This document shows positions 36,440 to 57,024 of a stretch of DNA of 64,000 bases, piece after piece. The DNA is from the human T2T-CHM13v2.0 reference genome, Homo sapiens. The notes below the pieces were generated by a model. The model worked only from the letters and a program-made list of their open reading frames with translations. It had not been told where the DNA came from and made no database searches. The position numbers were made by a program, and so were the translations under genes. The stretch lies in assembly GCF_009914755.1 (NCBI RefSeq), contig NC_060944.1; one strand, 5' to 3'. Position 1 is the first letter of the stretch. Every line of letters starts with the position of its first letter.

Positions 36440-38600
36440 TCTTTCATTGTTCTGATTATTTTTGCTACAGAACAAATCACTCCAAAACTTAGCAGCTTAA
36501 AACCACCATTTTATTATCTTTTTCAGTTCTATAGGCTGACTGGGCTCAGCAGGAAGGTTCTTGTTCAGGATTTCTATGCAGTTGGAGTAAGATGGCAGCT
36601 GGGGCTGGAGTGGGCCTAAAAGCTGAACCAGATTTCCAGAATGGCTCCTCCTCTTCCTCCTCCTCCTCCTCCTCCTCCTTCTTCCTCTATTACTATTATT
36701 ATTGAGACAGGGTCTCACTGTCACCAAGGCTGGAGTGCAGTGGCTCAATCATAGCTCATTGTAGCATCAAACTCCTGGGCTCAAATGTTCCTCCCACCTC
36801 AGCCTCCTGAGTAGTTGGGACTATAGTCATGTGCTACCACGGCCAGCTAATTTTCAAATTTTTCATAGAGATGTGTGTGGTGGGGGAGCAGTTCTCACTA
36901 TGTTGCAGGCTAGTCTTGAACTCCTGGCCTCACTCAATCCTGCCTTGGCCTCCCAAAGTGCTGGGTTTACAGGTGTGAGCCACCATGTCCGTCCAAAGAT
37001 GGCATCTTTTTTTTTTTATTGATCATTCTTGGGTGTTTCTCGCAGAGAGGGATTTGGCAGGGTCATAGGACAACAGTGGAGGGGAGGTCAGCAGATAAAC
37101 AAGTGAACAAAGGTCTCTGGTTTTCCTAGGCAGAGGACCCTGCGGCCTTCCGCAGTGTTTGTGTCCCTGGGTACTTGAGATTAGGGAGTGGTGATGACTC
37201 TTAACGAGCCTGCTGCCTTCAAGCATCTGTTTAACAAAGCACATCTTGCACCGCCCTTAATCCATTTAACCCTGAGTGGACACAGCACATGTTTCAGAGA
37301 GCACCAGGTTGGGGGTAAGGTCATAGATCAACGGCATCCCAAGGCAGAAGGATTTTTCTTAGTACAGAACAAAATGGAGTCTCCTATGTCTACTTCTTTC
37401 TACAGAGACACAGCAACCAACTGATTTCTCTATCTTTTCCCCACATTTCCCCCTTTTCTATTCGACAAAACCGCCATCGTCATCATGGCCCGTTCTCAAT
37501 GAGCTGTTGGGTACACCTCCCAGACGGGGTGGCAGCCGGGCAGAGGGGCTCCTCACTTCCCAGAAGGGGAGGCCGGGTGGAGGCGCCCCCCCACCTCCCG
37601 GACGGGGCGGCTGGCCGGGCGGCGGCTGCCCCCCACCTCCCTCCCGGACGGGGTGGCTGGCGGGGCGGGGGCTGTCTCCCGCCTCCCTGATGGGGCGGCT
37701 GCCAGGCGGAGATGCTCCTCACTTCCCAGACGGGGCGGCTGCCGGGTGGAGGGGCTCCTCACTTCTCAGACGGGGCGGCCGGGCAGAGACGCTCCTCACC
37801 TCCCAGACGGGGTCGCGGCCGGGCAGAGGCGCTCCTCACATCCCAGACGGGGTGGCGGGGCAGAGGCGCTCCCCACATCTCAGACGATGGCGGCCAGGCA
37901 GAGACGCTCCTCACTTCCCAGACGGGGTGGCGGCCGGGCAGAGGCTGCAATCTCGGCACTTTGGGAGGCCAAGGCAGGCGGCTGGGAGGTGGAGGTTGTA
38001 GCGAGCCGAGATCACGCTACTGCACTCCAGCCTGGGCACCATTGAGCACTGAGTGAACGAGACTCCGTCTGCAATCCCGGCACCTCGGGAGGCCGAGGCT
38101 GGCGGATCACTCGCGGTCAGGAGCTGGAGACCAGCCCGGCCAACACAGGGAAACCCTGTCTCCACCAAAACAATACGAAAACCAGTCAGGCGTGGCGGCG
38201 CGCGCCTGCAATCGCAGGCACTCGGCAGGCTGAGGCAGGAGAATCAGGCAGGGAGGTTGCAGTGAGCAGAGATGGCGGCAGTACAGTCCACCTTCGGCTC
38301 GGCATCAGAGGGAGACCGTGGAAAGAGAGGGAAAGGGAGACCATGGGGAGAGGGAGAGGGAGACCGTGGGGAGAGGGAGAGGGAGACCGTGGGGAGAGGG
38401 AGCTGCAGGTTTCTTTATCGGTATTGATCAGATGGCGTCTTTACTTACACGCCTGGTAGCTAATTGGAGTGGCTGAAACAGCTGAGGCTGGTTTTCTCTT
38501 TTCAAGTACTTTTCCACATGGCTAAATTGGGCTTCCTTACAACATGGTGGGTTAAAGAGAATCACACATCTCACATGGTAACTGGCTTCCCTAGGGGGTT
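36440..38600 (-). mobile_element. Old MLT1-type MaLR LTR (pieces ~36440-36645 and ~38443-38600), interrupted by an Alu and the SVA
   Basis: acaaatcactccaaaacttagcagcttaaaac...; after the SVA, acatggctaaattgggcttccttacaacatggtgg. Confidence 0.6.
37007..38402 (-). mobile_element. Full-length SVA retrotransposon, older type (SVA_B/C-like)
   Basis: Poly(A) and AATAAA at 37007-37020, SINE-R ~37020-37510, short GC-rich VNTR ~37510-37950, Alu-like domain ~37950-38320, CCCTCT-type hexamer region to 38402. TSD agatggc(a/g)tcttt at 36997-37009 and 38430-38442. SINE-R variants (aaaatggagtctcctatg, ttcgacaaaaccgccatcgtc) fit pre-SVA_D subfamilies as I recall them. Confidence 0.95.
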
Positions 38601-38659
38601 ATTTTTAATCTACCATGATAATGTAATCAATAAAAGATTTTTTAAGTGTAGGGAGGTAA

Positions 38660-38953
<294 letters not shown>

Positions 38954-39544
38954 TGAACCCCTGACCTCAAGTGATCTGTCTGCCTCAACCTCCCAAAGTG
39001 CTGGGATTATAGGCGTGAGCCACCATGGCCGGCCTTTTTTTTTTTTTTTCTTCAGACAGAGTCTCACTCTGTTGCCCAGGCTGGAGTGCAGTGGTGCAAT
39101 TTGGCTCACTGCAACTTCCACCTCCTGGTTCAAGCAATTCTCCTGCCTTGGCCTCCTGAGTAGCTGGGACTACAGGTGCCCACCACCACACCCTGCTGAT
39201 TTTTGTATTTTTAGTAGAGACAGGGTTTTGTCATGTTGGCCAGGCTGGTCTTGAACTCCTGACGTCAGGTGATCCACCCTCCTCAGGCTGCCAAAGTGCT
39301 GGGATTACAGGCGTGAGCCACTGCACCCGGCCCCTTCTGCTCTTTCCTGCATCTCAAAACATGCATATGCACAGAAAAACTGTCTCCTCTCCTTACCCCC
39401 TGCCTTGGATCCTTCACCCCATGTTTTCTGTTTTCTAAAATTCCTCAATTACATACCTGAATTTAAAACAATCCTCTTTAATATATGTGAACCTTTCCTT
39501 CCCGGAGGTCATGAAGCTGTTCCCAGTCATTTAATCCCAGCGAT

Positions 39545-40020
39545 GTATTATTTATCTATTGCCATATAACAATTCACCCCAAACTTAGTGGCTTGAAACA
39601 ATAAACATTTTATATTGCAGTTTCTGTGGGTCAGAAGACTAGAAGCAGTTTAGCTGAGTGGTTCTGGTTTGGGGTTTCTTGGGAGGCTGCAGACAAGATG
39701 TCAGCTGGGGTTGTAGTTATCTGAAGGCTTGCCTGGGGCTGGCAGATTTACTTCCAAGAGGGCTTGCTCACATAGTGCTGGTTATTAGCCGGAACCTTCA
39801 GAGCCTCCCTATGAGGGACTGCTTTACTGTTCTCATGATATGATGGCAGCCTTCCTCAGAGTAAGCAATCCAAGAGAGAACAAGGATCAGGCTGCAATGT
39901 TTTTGTGTGAGCTAGCCTCAGAAGCCATCCTCTGTCATTTCTGTAATATCCCATTGGTCACATAGGTCAGTCCTATTCAATGAGAAAGGGTATGAACACC
40001 AGGAGGTGGTGGGAGACTGG
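39545..40020 (-). mobile_element. MLT1F/G-like MaLR LTR
   Basis: tgtattatttatctattgccatataacaattcaccccaaacttagtggcttgaaacaataaacattt...tatgaacaccaggaggtg. Confidence 0.7.
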
Positions 40021-40191
40021 GCCAAGGGAAAGCTAATATTGAGGGGAGAAAAGAAGAGACAGGCTAAGCGTGGTGGCTCATGCCTGTAATCCCAGCACTT
40101 TGGGAGGCTGAGGCAAAAGAGTCACTTCAGTCTAGGAGTTCGAGACCAGCCTGGGCAACATGGTAACAACCCATCTCTACAGAAAATTTTA

Positions 40192-40389
<198 letters not shown>

Positions 40390-41169
40390 TCAGGAGGCTG
40401 AGGCAGAAGAATCGCTTGAACCTGGGAGGCGGAGGTTGCAGTGCGCTGACTGTGCTCCAGCCTGGGCAACTGAGCGAGACTCCATCTAAAAAAAAAAAGA
40501 GGAAACAAAGGAGGTATGTAATATTGGAGCCAGGATCATTTTAAGGAAAACTCAAGCACTAATTTGAGTCCCAGAGCTGGGAATAGAGATGAAGTTCTTG
40601 AGACCTGGTTGTCCTTGACACGTGTTGCAGAAGAGGAGGGAAAACAGAAGTGAGAATGACAGACCCATTTTTCCTCTTTCAATGTTATTTTTGCACTAAC
40701 AGAAGGAGACAAGCTGCCCTTGCCCTTAAAAGGTCATTTTCAATCTCTTGGCCAGACTAGAAGGAGAATATTTCTCCTGAATAATTAATTGGTTTTAAGA
40801 AGATGGAAAGATATTTTTAGCTTCTAAGAAGAAATCAGGGTCGCTTGAATGATATCTTTATTCAACAAGGACACAGTCTTTCAGGAAGTTTACTTGTGCC
40901 AATGTAATTAGTAGTTGCTTTACAGGACAATGCTGTGCAGGTTTCACGCTGTGATGAAAGGAGATGATTTTCCAGTTACTGTTAATTGAAAATTGAAGCA
41001 AAGTGAACTTTGCAATCAAAACAGGAAGGGAAAACCAGACTGCAATAAGACAATAACCTTAGAGCTTTGTTCTTTCACAACACACAGAGAAGAAGCAAAG
41101 GGTTTTTTAAACTACTTTCATCTGGGCCAAATTTCTTGGAAGAATGCCCTCTGCCTGCCATCTACTTCC

Positions 41170-43420
<2,251 letters not shown>

Positions 43421-43524
43421 TCAGTCCTCACAGTTATTCCCACAGTCATAATGCCAACCCAATTTTTCCACAAATGAGGAAACAGAAAGACTTTTTAGGA
43501 ACTTGTTAGATTTTAGACAAATCA

Positions 43525-43860
<336 letters not shown>

Positions 43861-44329
43861 TCAGTGGAAAGTGTGTAATGACCCAGATCCTGTTTTGCTG
43901 CAATCTTGGCCCTACATGACACAGCGGCATTCAACCGAACACGTAAAGACGAGAATAACTTTCTCACGAGTCTCATTTCCTGTGTTTTATATTAGAGCTC
44001 ATTGTTGTTCTCTTTTTATTCCTCCTCTAAGACCAAAGTCCCATGAGATGGACCTTGGTAGAGTGAAAAAGGGTTTGAACTCAACTCAAATGCTATATGA
44101 GTGCATGCATGAAACTCCAGAATGGGCTCCAGCACTTTCAAATTTTTTTTCATTGACACTATCCACATGTAGAAAACATACCCTGTAAAGTACAACTTCT
44201 CCCTTTTGTTTCTAAGGTGAAAACTTAGGTCATATGCACGGAGCTGACAACAGATCACCCAATAATTATGTGATTGAAGTTGTCACTTATTTGGGTAAAA
44301 CCTACTCAGGAATTTGAATTCTCTTCTAA

Positions 44330-44878
<549 letters not shown>

Positions 44879-45367
44879 GAAAAAGAAAAAGAAAGTGAGT
44901 CACTTGATACCACAAAGAATATAGGCTCCTTTGTGAGCTAAAATTTCTAGATCTATAACTCAACAAAGGTGATTTATGACTTTTATAAATGTTGGAGGCC
45001 GGGCACAGTGCCTGACACTTGTAATCCAGCAAGTTGGGAAGGCAAGGTGGGCAGATTGCTTGAGCCCAGAAGTTTGAGATCAGCCTGGGCAACATGATGA
45101 AACCCCATCTCTACAAAAATAGAAAAATTAGCCAGGTGTGGTGGCATGCACCTGTAGTCCCAGCTACTCAAGACGCAGAGGTGGGGGGATCACCTAAGCC
45201 CAGGAAGTCGAGCGAACCGTGATTATGCAACTGCACTCCAGACTGGGTGACAGACTGAGACCCTGTCTCAAAAAAATAATAAAGTTAAATTAAAAATTAA
45301 GTGCAGCTGGGTGCGACGGCACACACCTGTAATCCCAGCATGTCCAGAGGCTGATGTGGGTGGATCA

Positions 45368-45773
<406 letters not shown>

Positions 45774-46619
45774 TCAGGACTCAGTGAAAACTTTTAAAAG
45801 AATATCAAGAGAAATATTTTTGTTGCTGTCGTTGTTTTAACCATAAGAATCATGACTGGGCTAAGAGATTTCCCTAAACTGTCCAAGCATGCTGTAGCTG
45901 CTAAGGCCATTTTCTTGGCTGCTTCTATTTTTCTTTTTTTTATGACCTATATTGCCTCCAGATTGGCTGCTTCTAAAGGGGTTGTTCGTACTGGGCTCTG
46001 AACTGAGTTACCCAGTTTAACTTCTATGTAGAAAATTACACCAGCTCTGGCCAGGTGCAGTGGCTCATGCTGTAATCCCAGCACTTTGGGAGACCAAGGC
46101 GGGTGGATCACCTGAGGTCAAGAGTTTGAGACCATCCTGGCCAACATGGTGAAACCCCGTCTCTACTAAAAATACAAAAAATTAGCCGGGTGTGGTGGCG
46201 GGTGCCTGTAGTCCCAGCTACTTGGGAGGCTGAGGCAGGAGAATTGCTTGAACCCGGCCGGGATGAGGAGATTTCAGTGTGCCGACATGGCGCCACTGCA
46301 CTCCAGCCTGGGCAACAAGAGCGAAACTCCATCTCAAAAAAAAAAAAAGAAAAAAAACGACATCAGCTCTATCTCGAATTCAGTGTCTGGTGAAATTCTG
46401 AAAGAACTTAAGAAATGCTATGAGACAGGAGACACAAGACGCAACTCTGTCTTCATTGCTCAACAAATGCTAACAGGGTGTGTGCTTCTGTTCTCAATGA
46501 GTCAGACAGATTGGCCAGCTCTGAGCTCTGTTTAATTTGGTCCCACAGGCATGGGCCTCCTTCAAACACTGTCACTTCCAGAAAGTAAAGCAAGACACAA
46601 AACAAAACAAAATATCTCA

Positions 46620-47265
<646 letters not shown>

Positions 47266-48088
47266 TGATCCACCCACCTCAACCTCCCAAAATGCTGGGA
47301 TTACAGGCATGAGCCACTGTACCCAGCCAAAAACCTATGACTTCTAATTCAACTTTTTTGTTGTTGTTGTTTTCGAGACAGGGTCTCGCTCTGTTGCCCA
47401 GGCTGGAATGCAGTGGTGCCATCTAGGTTCACTGAAGCCTTGACAGCCCGGGTTCAAGTGATTCTCCTGCCTCAGCCTCCCAAGTAGCTGGGATTATAGG
47501 CCTGCACCACCACATCTGGCTATTTTTTTTATTTTTTGCAGAGACAGGATTTCACCATGTTTCTCAGGCTGGTCTTGAACAGGCCTGGGACACTGTACCT
47601 GGCCTGAAATTTTTGTTTTAAAAAATCATTGACCAATTTTTTTGTTTTGGAGTTTTGATAAAACAGAGTAGAATTTTCCTACGTTCTTTTTTTTTTTTTT
47701 TTTTGAGACAAAGTTTCACTGTTGTTGCTCAGGCTGGAGCACAATGGTGTGATCTTGGCTCATTGCAACCTCCGCCTCCCGGGTTCAAGCGAGTCTCCTG
47801 CCTCAGCTTCCTGAGTAGCTGGGATTACAGGTGCCCGCCACCACGCCCAGCTAATTTTTGTATATTTAGTAGAGACGGGGTTTCACCATGTTGACCAGGC
47901 TGGTCTTGAACTTCTGGCCTCAGGTGATCCACCCTTCTCGGACTCCCAGTGTGCTGGGATTACAGGCATGAGCCACCGCACCCGGCTCCTACATTCTTAA
48001 TGAATGACTGTATTAGAAAATGAGGCCGTGGTGGCTCACGCGTGGGCCTGTAATCCCAGCACTTTGGGACGCCGAGGCAGGTGGATCA

Positions 48089-48820
<732 letters not shown>

Positions 48821-49281
48821 TCAACTCTTACTGCTGTGACATGTATGTAGATTCTACTTCCTTATTCTCTTGAAAAGGTGACACTGTCAAATCTCTTTAT
48901 TTTTCTTTCACTCAGCTGATTAGTTCTCACCAGACATTTACGTTGGTCTGTGCGACCTCCCCTTTCTGTGCTCATCCTCCACCTTAGAGGTCTACACCAC
49001 ATCCCTTCCAATTATCTTTTCTCCTCCATCCAAGCCTGTTCTTGAATAAGTTCACTTTAGCATAAATACCTAATGATTAGACCTTTCTTTTTGCCTTATG
49101 ATTATTGTTATTATTATTGAGATGGAGTCTCCCTCTGTCACCCAGGCTGGAGTTCAGTGGTGCAATCTCAGCTCACTGCAACCTCTGCCTCCTGGGTTCA
49201 AGTGATTCTCGTGCTTCAGCCTCCAAGTAGCTGGGATTACAGGTGCACACCACCATGCCCGGCTAATTTTTGTATTTTTAG

Positions 49282-49714
<433 letters not shown>

Positions 49715-49957
49715 TAGCCGGAGGAAAGACATTAGGATACAAAAATGAATCTCTAATGGTGAAATTTGCAACCCTTTCATGGTAAAGAAGATAAATCTGA
49801 GGCACCAAGAGGCTGAAGTGACACTACTGGCTGCTGGCGTCTTGAGCTGGAGCCCCTTCTTTCTCGTCCCACACCACGCTTCTCTCTTGCCACCTTGACA
49901 TCCTGCCATGCAGCAACCCCTACCAAAAAATGCACTTGGATGTTATGGACCTGGGTA

Positions 49958-50929
<972 letters not shown>

Positions 50930-51251
50930 TGAGTCTGGCCCAATTATGCTTATAACTCAATAGTCAGTTTTCTGGATTCCTGAAGCGCAGCACTTTAAAT
51001 TATATGTAGGGCACTGAAGGATTGTTTGACATCCACACCCTGGATCCCACCAGTTCCCTAGGCCTGAGAGGCCTGTCTCTCACTTCTTTGCCTTGGACTG
51101 CCACACCATTTTTCAGCCTGTCCCCCATGTCCCATCCCCCCAAATCTCCATGATTCACAAGGTATGTGAGTGTATCAGATTTCATTAAATGGTTGTGGTA
51201 ATCTCAAACTACGTACGAAATATATGAGTAAAGCATATAAGAATTAGGCTA

Positions 51252-51458
<207 letters not shown>

Positions 51459-51962
51459 TCAGGAGGCTGAGCCTGGAGAATTGCTTGACCCTGGGAGTGG
51501 AGGTTGCAGTGAGCCGAGATGGCACCACTGCACTCCAGCTTGAGTGACAGATGGAGACTTTGTCTCAAAAAAAAAAAAAAAAAAAAAGGAAAATCTGAAA
51601 AGTTCAAATCTTCACTGGGTTTTCTTGTTGGCACACTTCAGTTTCTAAATCTTCCCCCACCAACTCACTTCCTACTTCCTGTCGAACATCCTCTTTGACT
51701 GCCATGCATAGCTCTATAGCCCATTCAAAACCCCAGCCCCTGCCCACAGGACTTAGTTTTGGGTCCTTGTCTATGTCCCTCCCTGAGCAGAAGACATGGT
51801 CCTGAAACTGATTTACTAGGTCTGGAGTAATGCCTTGGGGCAAGGGGGTCAGGACAGTTCTCGAAGTCTTGGCATTCCTAATCTCATCAAAGAGTCCAGT
51901 GTGGATGTGGATGCCCTAACTCCAAATCTTCCTACCAGTGTAGTTGCAGATACAACTCTTAA

Positions 51963-52273
<311 letters not shown>

Positions 52274-52435
52274 TAGTTGCCCACCAGGGAACCGAAGGAT
52301 CATATACACACAAACACACACACATAGTCTCCTAAAGACAAACATAAATTCTCAGTGCGGTCTAAGTGCAAATGGAGGAAGTAAAATGTTTTCCAAACAC
52401 CCCCTATAATTTGCACAGTTTCTGTTCCCCTATGA

Positions 52436-52654
<219 letters not shown>

Positions 52655-53139
52655 TAGCCAGGATGGTCTCAATCTCCTGACCTCGTGATCTGCCCGCCTC
52701 AGCCTCCCAAAGTGCTGGGATTACAGGCGTGAGCCACTGTGCCTGGCCTTCACATTTCTGTATAAGGCAATATTAATTCCTTTTCTTAATTTGCCTTCCC
52801 CTTTCCCCTTTCCAGTTGTGTCTTCTCAAGCCTGTTTGGAATATGAAAGAGGTCTGTGACTGAGCTGCTGTGCCTCTCAACAACTGCTGTCAGCTACACA
52901 AAGACCCAGCTAAAGCTCCAAAATGAATATTGTGTGTGTGTGTGTGTGTGTGTGTGTAGTTATTACTTCGGGCTATTTGTCCTACATATATTCTATTTCC
53001 TGCTTTTTAACAAAAGTCTTGTGACCCAAAGCTGATTCAAGGTATCCATTATTCAGAGTAAATAGAGAGTCATAGTCATCAAATTCCACATGAGATCCTC
53101 TGAACTCTTGTGAGTGCAGAGGGAGAGGCTCCCTAAGAA

Positions 53140-53290
53140 CTACAATAGAGATAATAATAGTGCTTACCTCATGGGGTTGTTGGGAGGTTTCAGTGACTCA
53201 TATATAACGCAAGTGTACACACAGAATCTGTAAGTAAAATGCTAAGCATGGTACCTGGTAAGTGCTTTATACGTTTTTAAAAATTATTAT
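53140..53290 (+). mobile_element. MIR fragment (others at ~27560-28150 and ~54440-54570)
   Basis: gataataatagtgcttacctcatggggttgttgggagg core; gccattttacagatggggaacttga at 54530. Confidence 0.6.
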
Positions 53291-54809
53291 TATGTATATC
53301 ATAGCTACAGTTTCTACACAGGATTTCAAATTTTTTTTTTTTTTTGAGACAGAATCTCACTCTATTGCCCGGCTGGAGTGCAGTGGTGCGATCTTGGCTC
53401 ACGGCAACCTCTGCCTTCTGGGTTCACGTGATTCTCCTGCCTCAGCCTCCTGAGTAGCTGGGACTACAGGTGCACACCACCATGCCTGGCTAATTTTTGT
53501 ATTTTTAGTAGAGACGGGGTTTCAGCATGCTGCCAGGATGGTCTTGATCTCTTGACCTTGTGATCCACCCACCTCAGCCTCCCAAAGTGCTGGGATTACA
53601 GGCATGAGCCACTGCGCCTGGCCAGGATTTCAATTTTTTAAAATGGCACTGCTCACTTCGGGAGGCCGAGGCAGGAGGATTGCTTGAGGCTAGGAGTTTG
53701 AGATCAGACTGGGCAACATAGCAAGATGCTGTCTCTACAAGAATTTTAAAAATTAGCCAGGCATGGGCATGGGGGCACGTGCCAGGAGTCCCAGCTACTC
53801 AGGAGGCGAGGTGGGAGAATTACTTGAGGCTAGGAGTCTGAGGCTGCAGTGAGACATAATTGCATCACCGCACTCCAGCCTGGGTGACAGAGCAAGACCC
53901 GTCTCAAAATAATAATAATAGTAATAAATAATAAAAGGTCATTGCTTTAAAATTGTTTGAAAACCTCAGCTCTGGATCAAACTTCAAAGTACAGGCTGAA
54001 GGAAAGTATCAATTGTCAAAGAAAGACCTTTGTACCTTCAAGGAACCCATGCTTAAAGAAAACACACTCTCTTTCATCATGTAAATCAGCCATGGGTTTT
54101 GAAAACCATAAGAATCAGGAACAGGCCAGGTGCAGTGGCTCATGCCTGTAATCCCAACACTTTGGGAGGCTGAGGCCAGAGGTTTGCTTGAGCCCAGGAG
54201 TTCAAGACCAGCCTGGGCAAAATAGTGAAACCTCATTTCTACAAAAAATTAGCCAGGCTTAGTGGCACACACCTATAGTCCTAGCTACTCATTCAGGAGG
54301 CTGAGGCAGGAGGATCACTTGAGCCTGGGAGGTTGAGGCTGCAGTGAGCTATGATCTCGCCACTGCACTCCAGCCCGGACAACACTCTGCACTTCATTCT
54401 GGACAACAGAGCAAGACCCTGTCTTAAAAAAAAAAAAATCAGTAACATTTGTGGAGCACTTTCTATGTGCTGAATGCATTGATGGTTTATTCTCTAAAAC
54501 ATCCCCATAAGGTAGGCTGCAGTATCATTAATGCCATTTTACAGATGGGGAACTTGAAGTCAACTAGCCTAAGAGTAAACATATTGGCTCACAAATTGGG
54601 AAATCCAGGGGAAGGCTGTCTTCCGATGTGGCTGGGCAGGTGTAGTGTGAGCCAGTAGGTCAAATCTTGTGATTATTTCTCGCCTTCTCCTTCCCAGGTC
54701 AGCTGTGATCTCAGCAAGCGTCTTTCCTCATCAAAGGCTCCATGCACGTTCCTCATTCACATCCAATGATGTAGAAACTTCTCTTCTGGTGGATCTTTTG
54801 GAAAATTAG

Positions 54810-54947
<138 letters not shown>

Positions 54948-55314
54948 TAGCTGGGACTACAGGCGCCCGCCACTACTCCCGGCTAATTTTTTTGTATTTT
55001 TAGTAGAGACGGGGTTTCACCGTGTTAGCCAGGATGGTCTCGATCTCCTGAGCTCGTGATCCGCCCACCTTGACCTCCCAAAGTGCTGGGATTACAGGCG
55101 TGAGCCACCGCGCCCTACCGGAAAGCTACTTTTTTGAAAGGCTTCAGCCGGCTTCTCATTGTCTCACTGCCCTGATTCAGAAATAACTGTGGCCCAGGGA
55201 AGGAGGAGAGGCTGGCTTTTCCTAATGCCTTAAACCTGAGGCTGAGTATGGAATAAATCACTCCAAAATTGCACTCCATAAATAGGGGAGGAACTTCCTT
55301 TGGGAAGTTCAGAG

Positions 55315-55745
55315 TTGTTGCAGATTTGTATCCCAGGAGCTGATTCTGAGAAGAGCATTCATGTGCAGGTTTATTAGGGGGTGTCCTTAAGACCTGCACC
55401 TGTGGAAGGGAAGGCCAGATAGCAAGAGAGGGCACAGGGAGAAGCTGGGCTGCGAGGCAGAGTAAGGGCTGCAGCCAGCCAGGTGACCCTTCAGACGTGC
55501 CTGCATTGGAGCAAGGTGGGCGGGAGTGAGGGGGCCAGGCCTTTCTCCCATCCCCTCCACAAACCAGGTATGGTCTGTGGGATGCCCAGGAAGGAAGCAA
55601 AGCCTGGAGTGGGGTGGGTGGCCCCTTTTTTAGAAGAGGGTAGTTCCTGGAGAGGCAATCAGCCATCAGCTTACAACACTTCCAGCAGCTGAGAGAAGAA
55701 ATCCTTCCAGCCCGAGGAGGAATCTGGGCAGCACATCCCAGGAAT
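55315..55745 (-). mobile_element. LTR16-like (ERVL) LTR
   Basis: ctgattctgagaagagcattcatgtgcaggtttattagggg...cacctgtggaagggaagg...ggcacagggagaagctgggctgcga. Confidence 0.55.
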
Positions 55746-56648
55746 CTGGAAGCAGTCATGGAAAAGGAAACAAGTCACTGAGAGGCCAATCCTGGATCTC
55801 AACTCAGTCCTTTCAGAGGCCACTGCTACAGCCCCCACCTCATCGCTTCCTGTTCAATGTATGCTGATTTCTACACACTGACCGCTGTAGGCATTTCTGG
55901 AAAGAATCCCAGATCAGAGTTTTTAAGTATCAGCTGCCTATCCACGTGTGTCTTGTGAGCAACTAAGAGGGCTGAAGGCAAGGAGGAAACCGGTGGTGAT
56001 ACACCTCATTGGGTGGTTAAAGAGACAAGATGTCTGGCCAGACTCTCACCAGAGAACTGTCCAGTCTGAACAAATGAGGAACGTGAAGAACTTGGAAAGG
56101 TTACAAGGAAGTCACCGCGATGATGAATGTTTTCCTGAACCAGCACGGACAGGAAAGAGCAAAGGCTGCAAATCAGGGCTGACCTTGGTGATCTCCGTCT
56201 TTTACATTGGGATGCAGAATTCAGCATGCAACCACATGCAATTTACAAGCACAGGCTCCTTCTGGGAAATGTGCCAAATTAGTTCATTCCTGACAAAATA
56301 ATTAAAATCCTACAAATATTAGGCTCATGCATTTAGCCATTTTATTTCAGCTGTTTTGTGTGTTCATAGATAGTGAAATTAAAAACACTTGTGGCCTGGC
56401 ATGGTGGGTCACACCTGTAAACCCAGCACTTTGGGAGGCTGAGGCAGGAGGTCTGCTTGAGCTCAGGAGTTTGAGACCAGCCTAGGCAACATAGTGAGAT
56501 CTTGTCTCTGCAAATATTATTTAAGCTCACAACTATAATCCTAGCCCTTTGGGAAGCCAAGGCAGGTGGATCACTTGAGGCCAGGAGTTCGAGACCAGCC
56601 CAGCCAATGTGGTGAAATCCCATCTCTACTAAAGATACAAAAAAATTA

Positions 56649-57024
<376 letters not shown>

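Noticed and set aside
37483-38459. Overlapping repetitive ORFs and a ~40-bp repeat array superficially like a CRISPR array
   Set aside because: This is the SVA VNTR and Alu-like domain: contiguous degenerate repeats with no unique spacers, in eukaryotic DNA.
55115-55759. 214-aa ATG-initiated minus-strand ORF
   Set aside because: It overlaps an LTR16-like remnant, has no recognisable protein similarity and no promoter or splice context. PhyloCSF or Ribo-seq would be needed to revive it.
55948-56301. 117-aa plus-strand ORF in unique DNA
   Set aside because: GTG start, no recognisable family, and a length compatible with chance.
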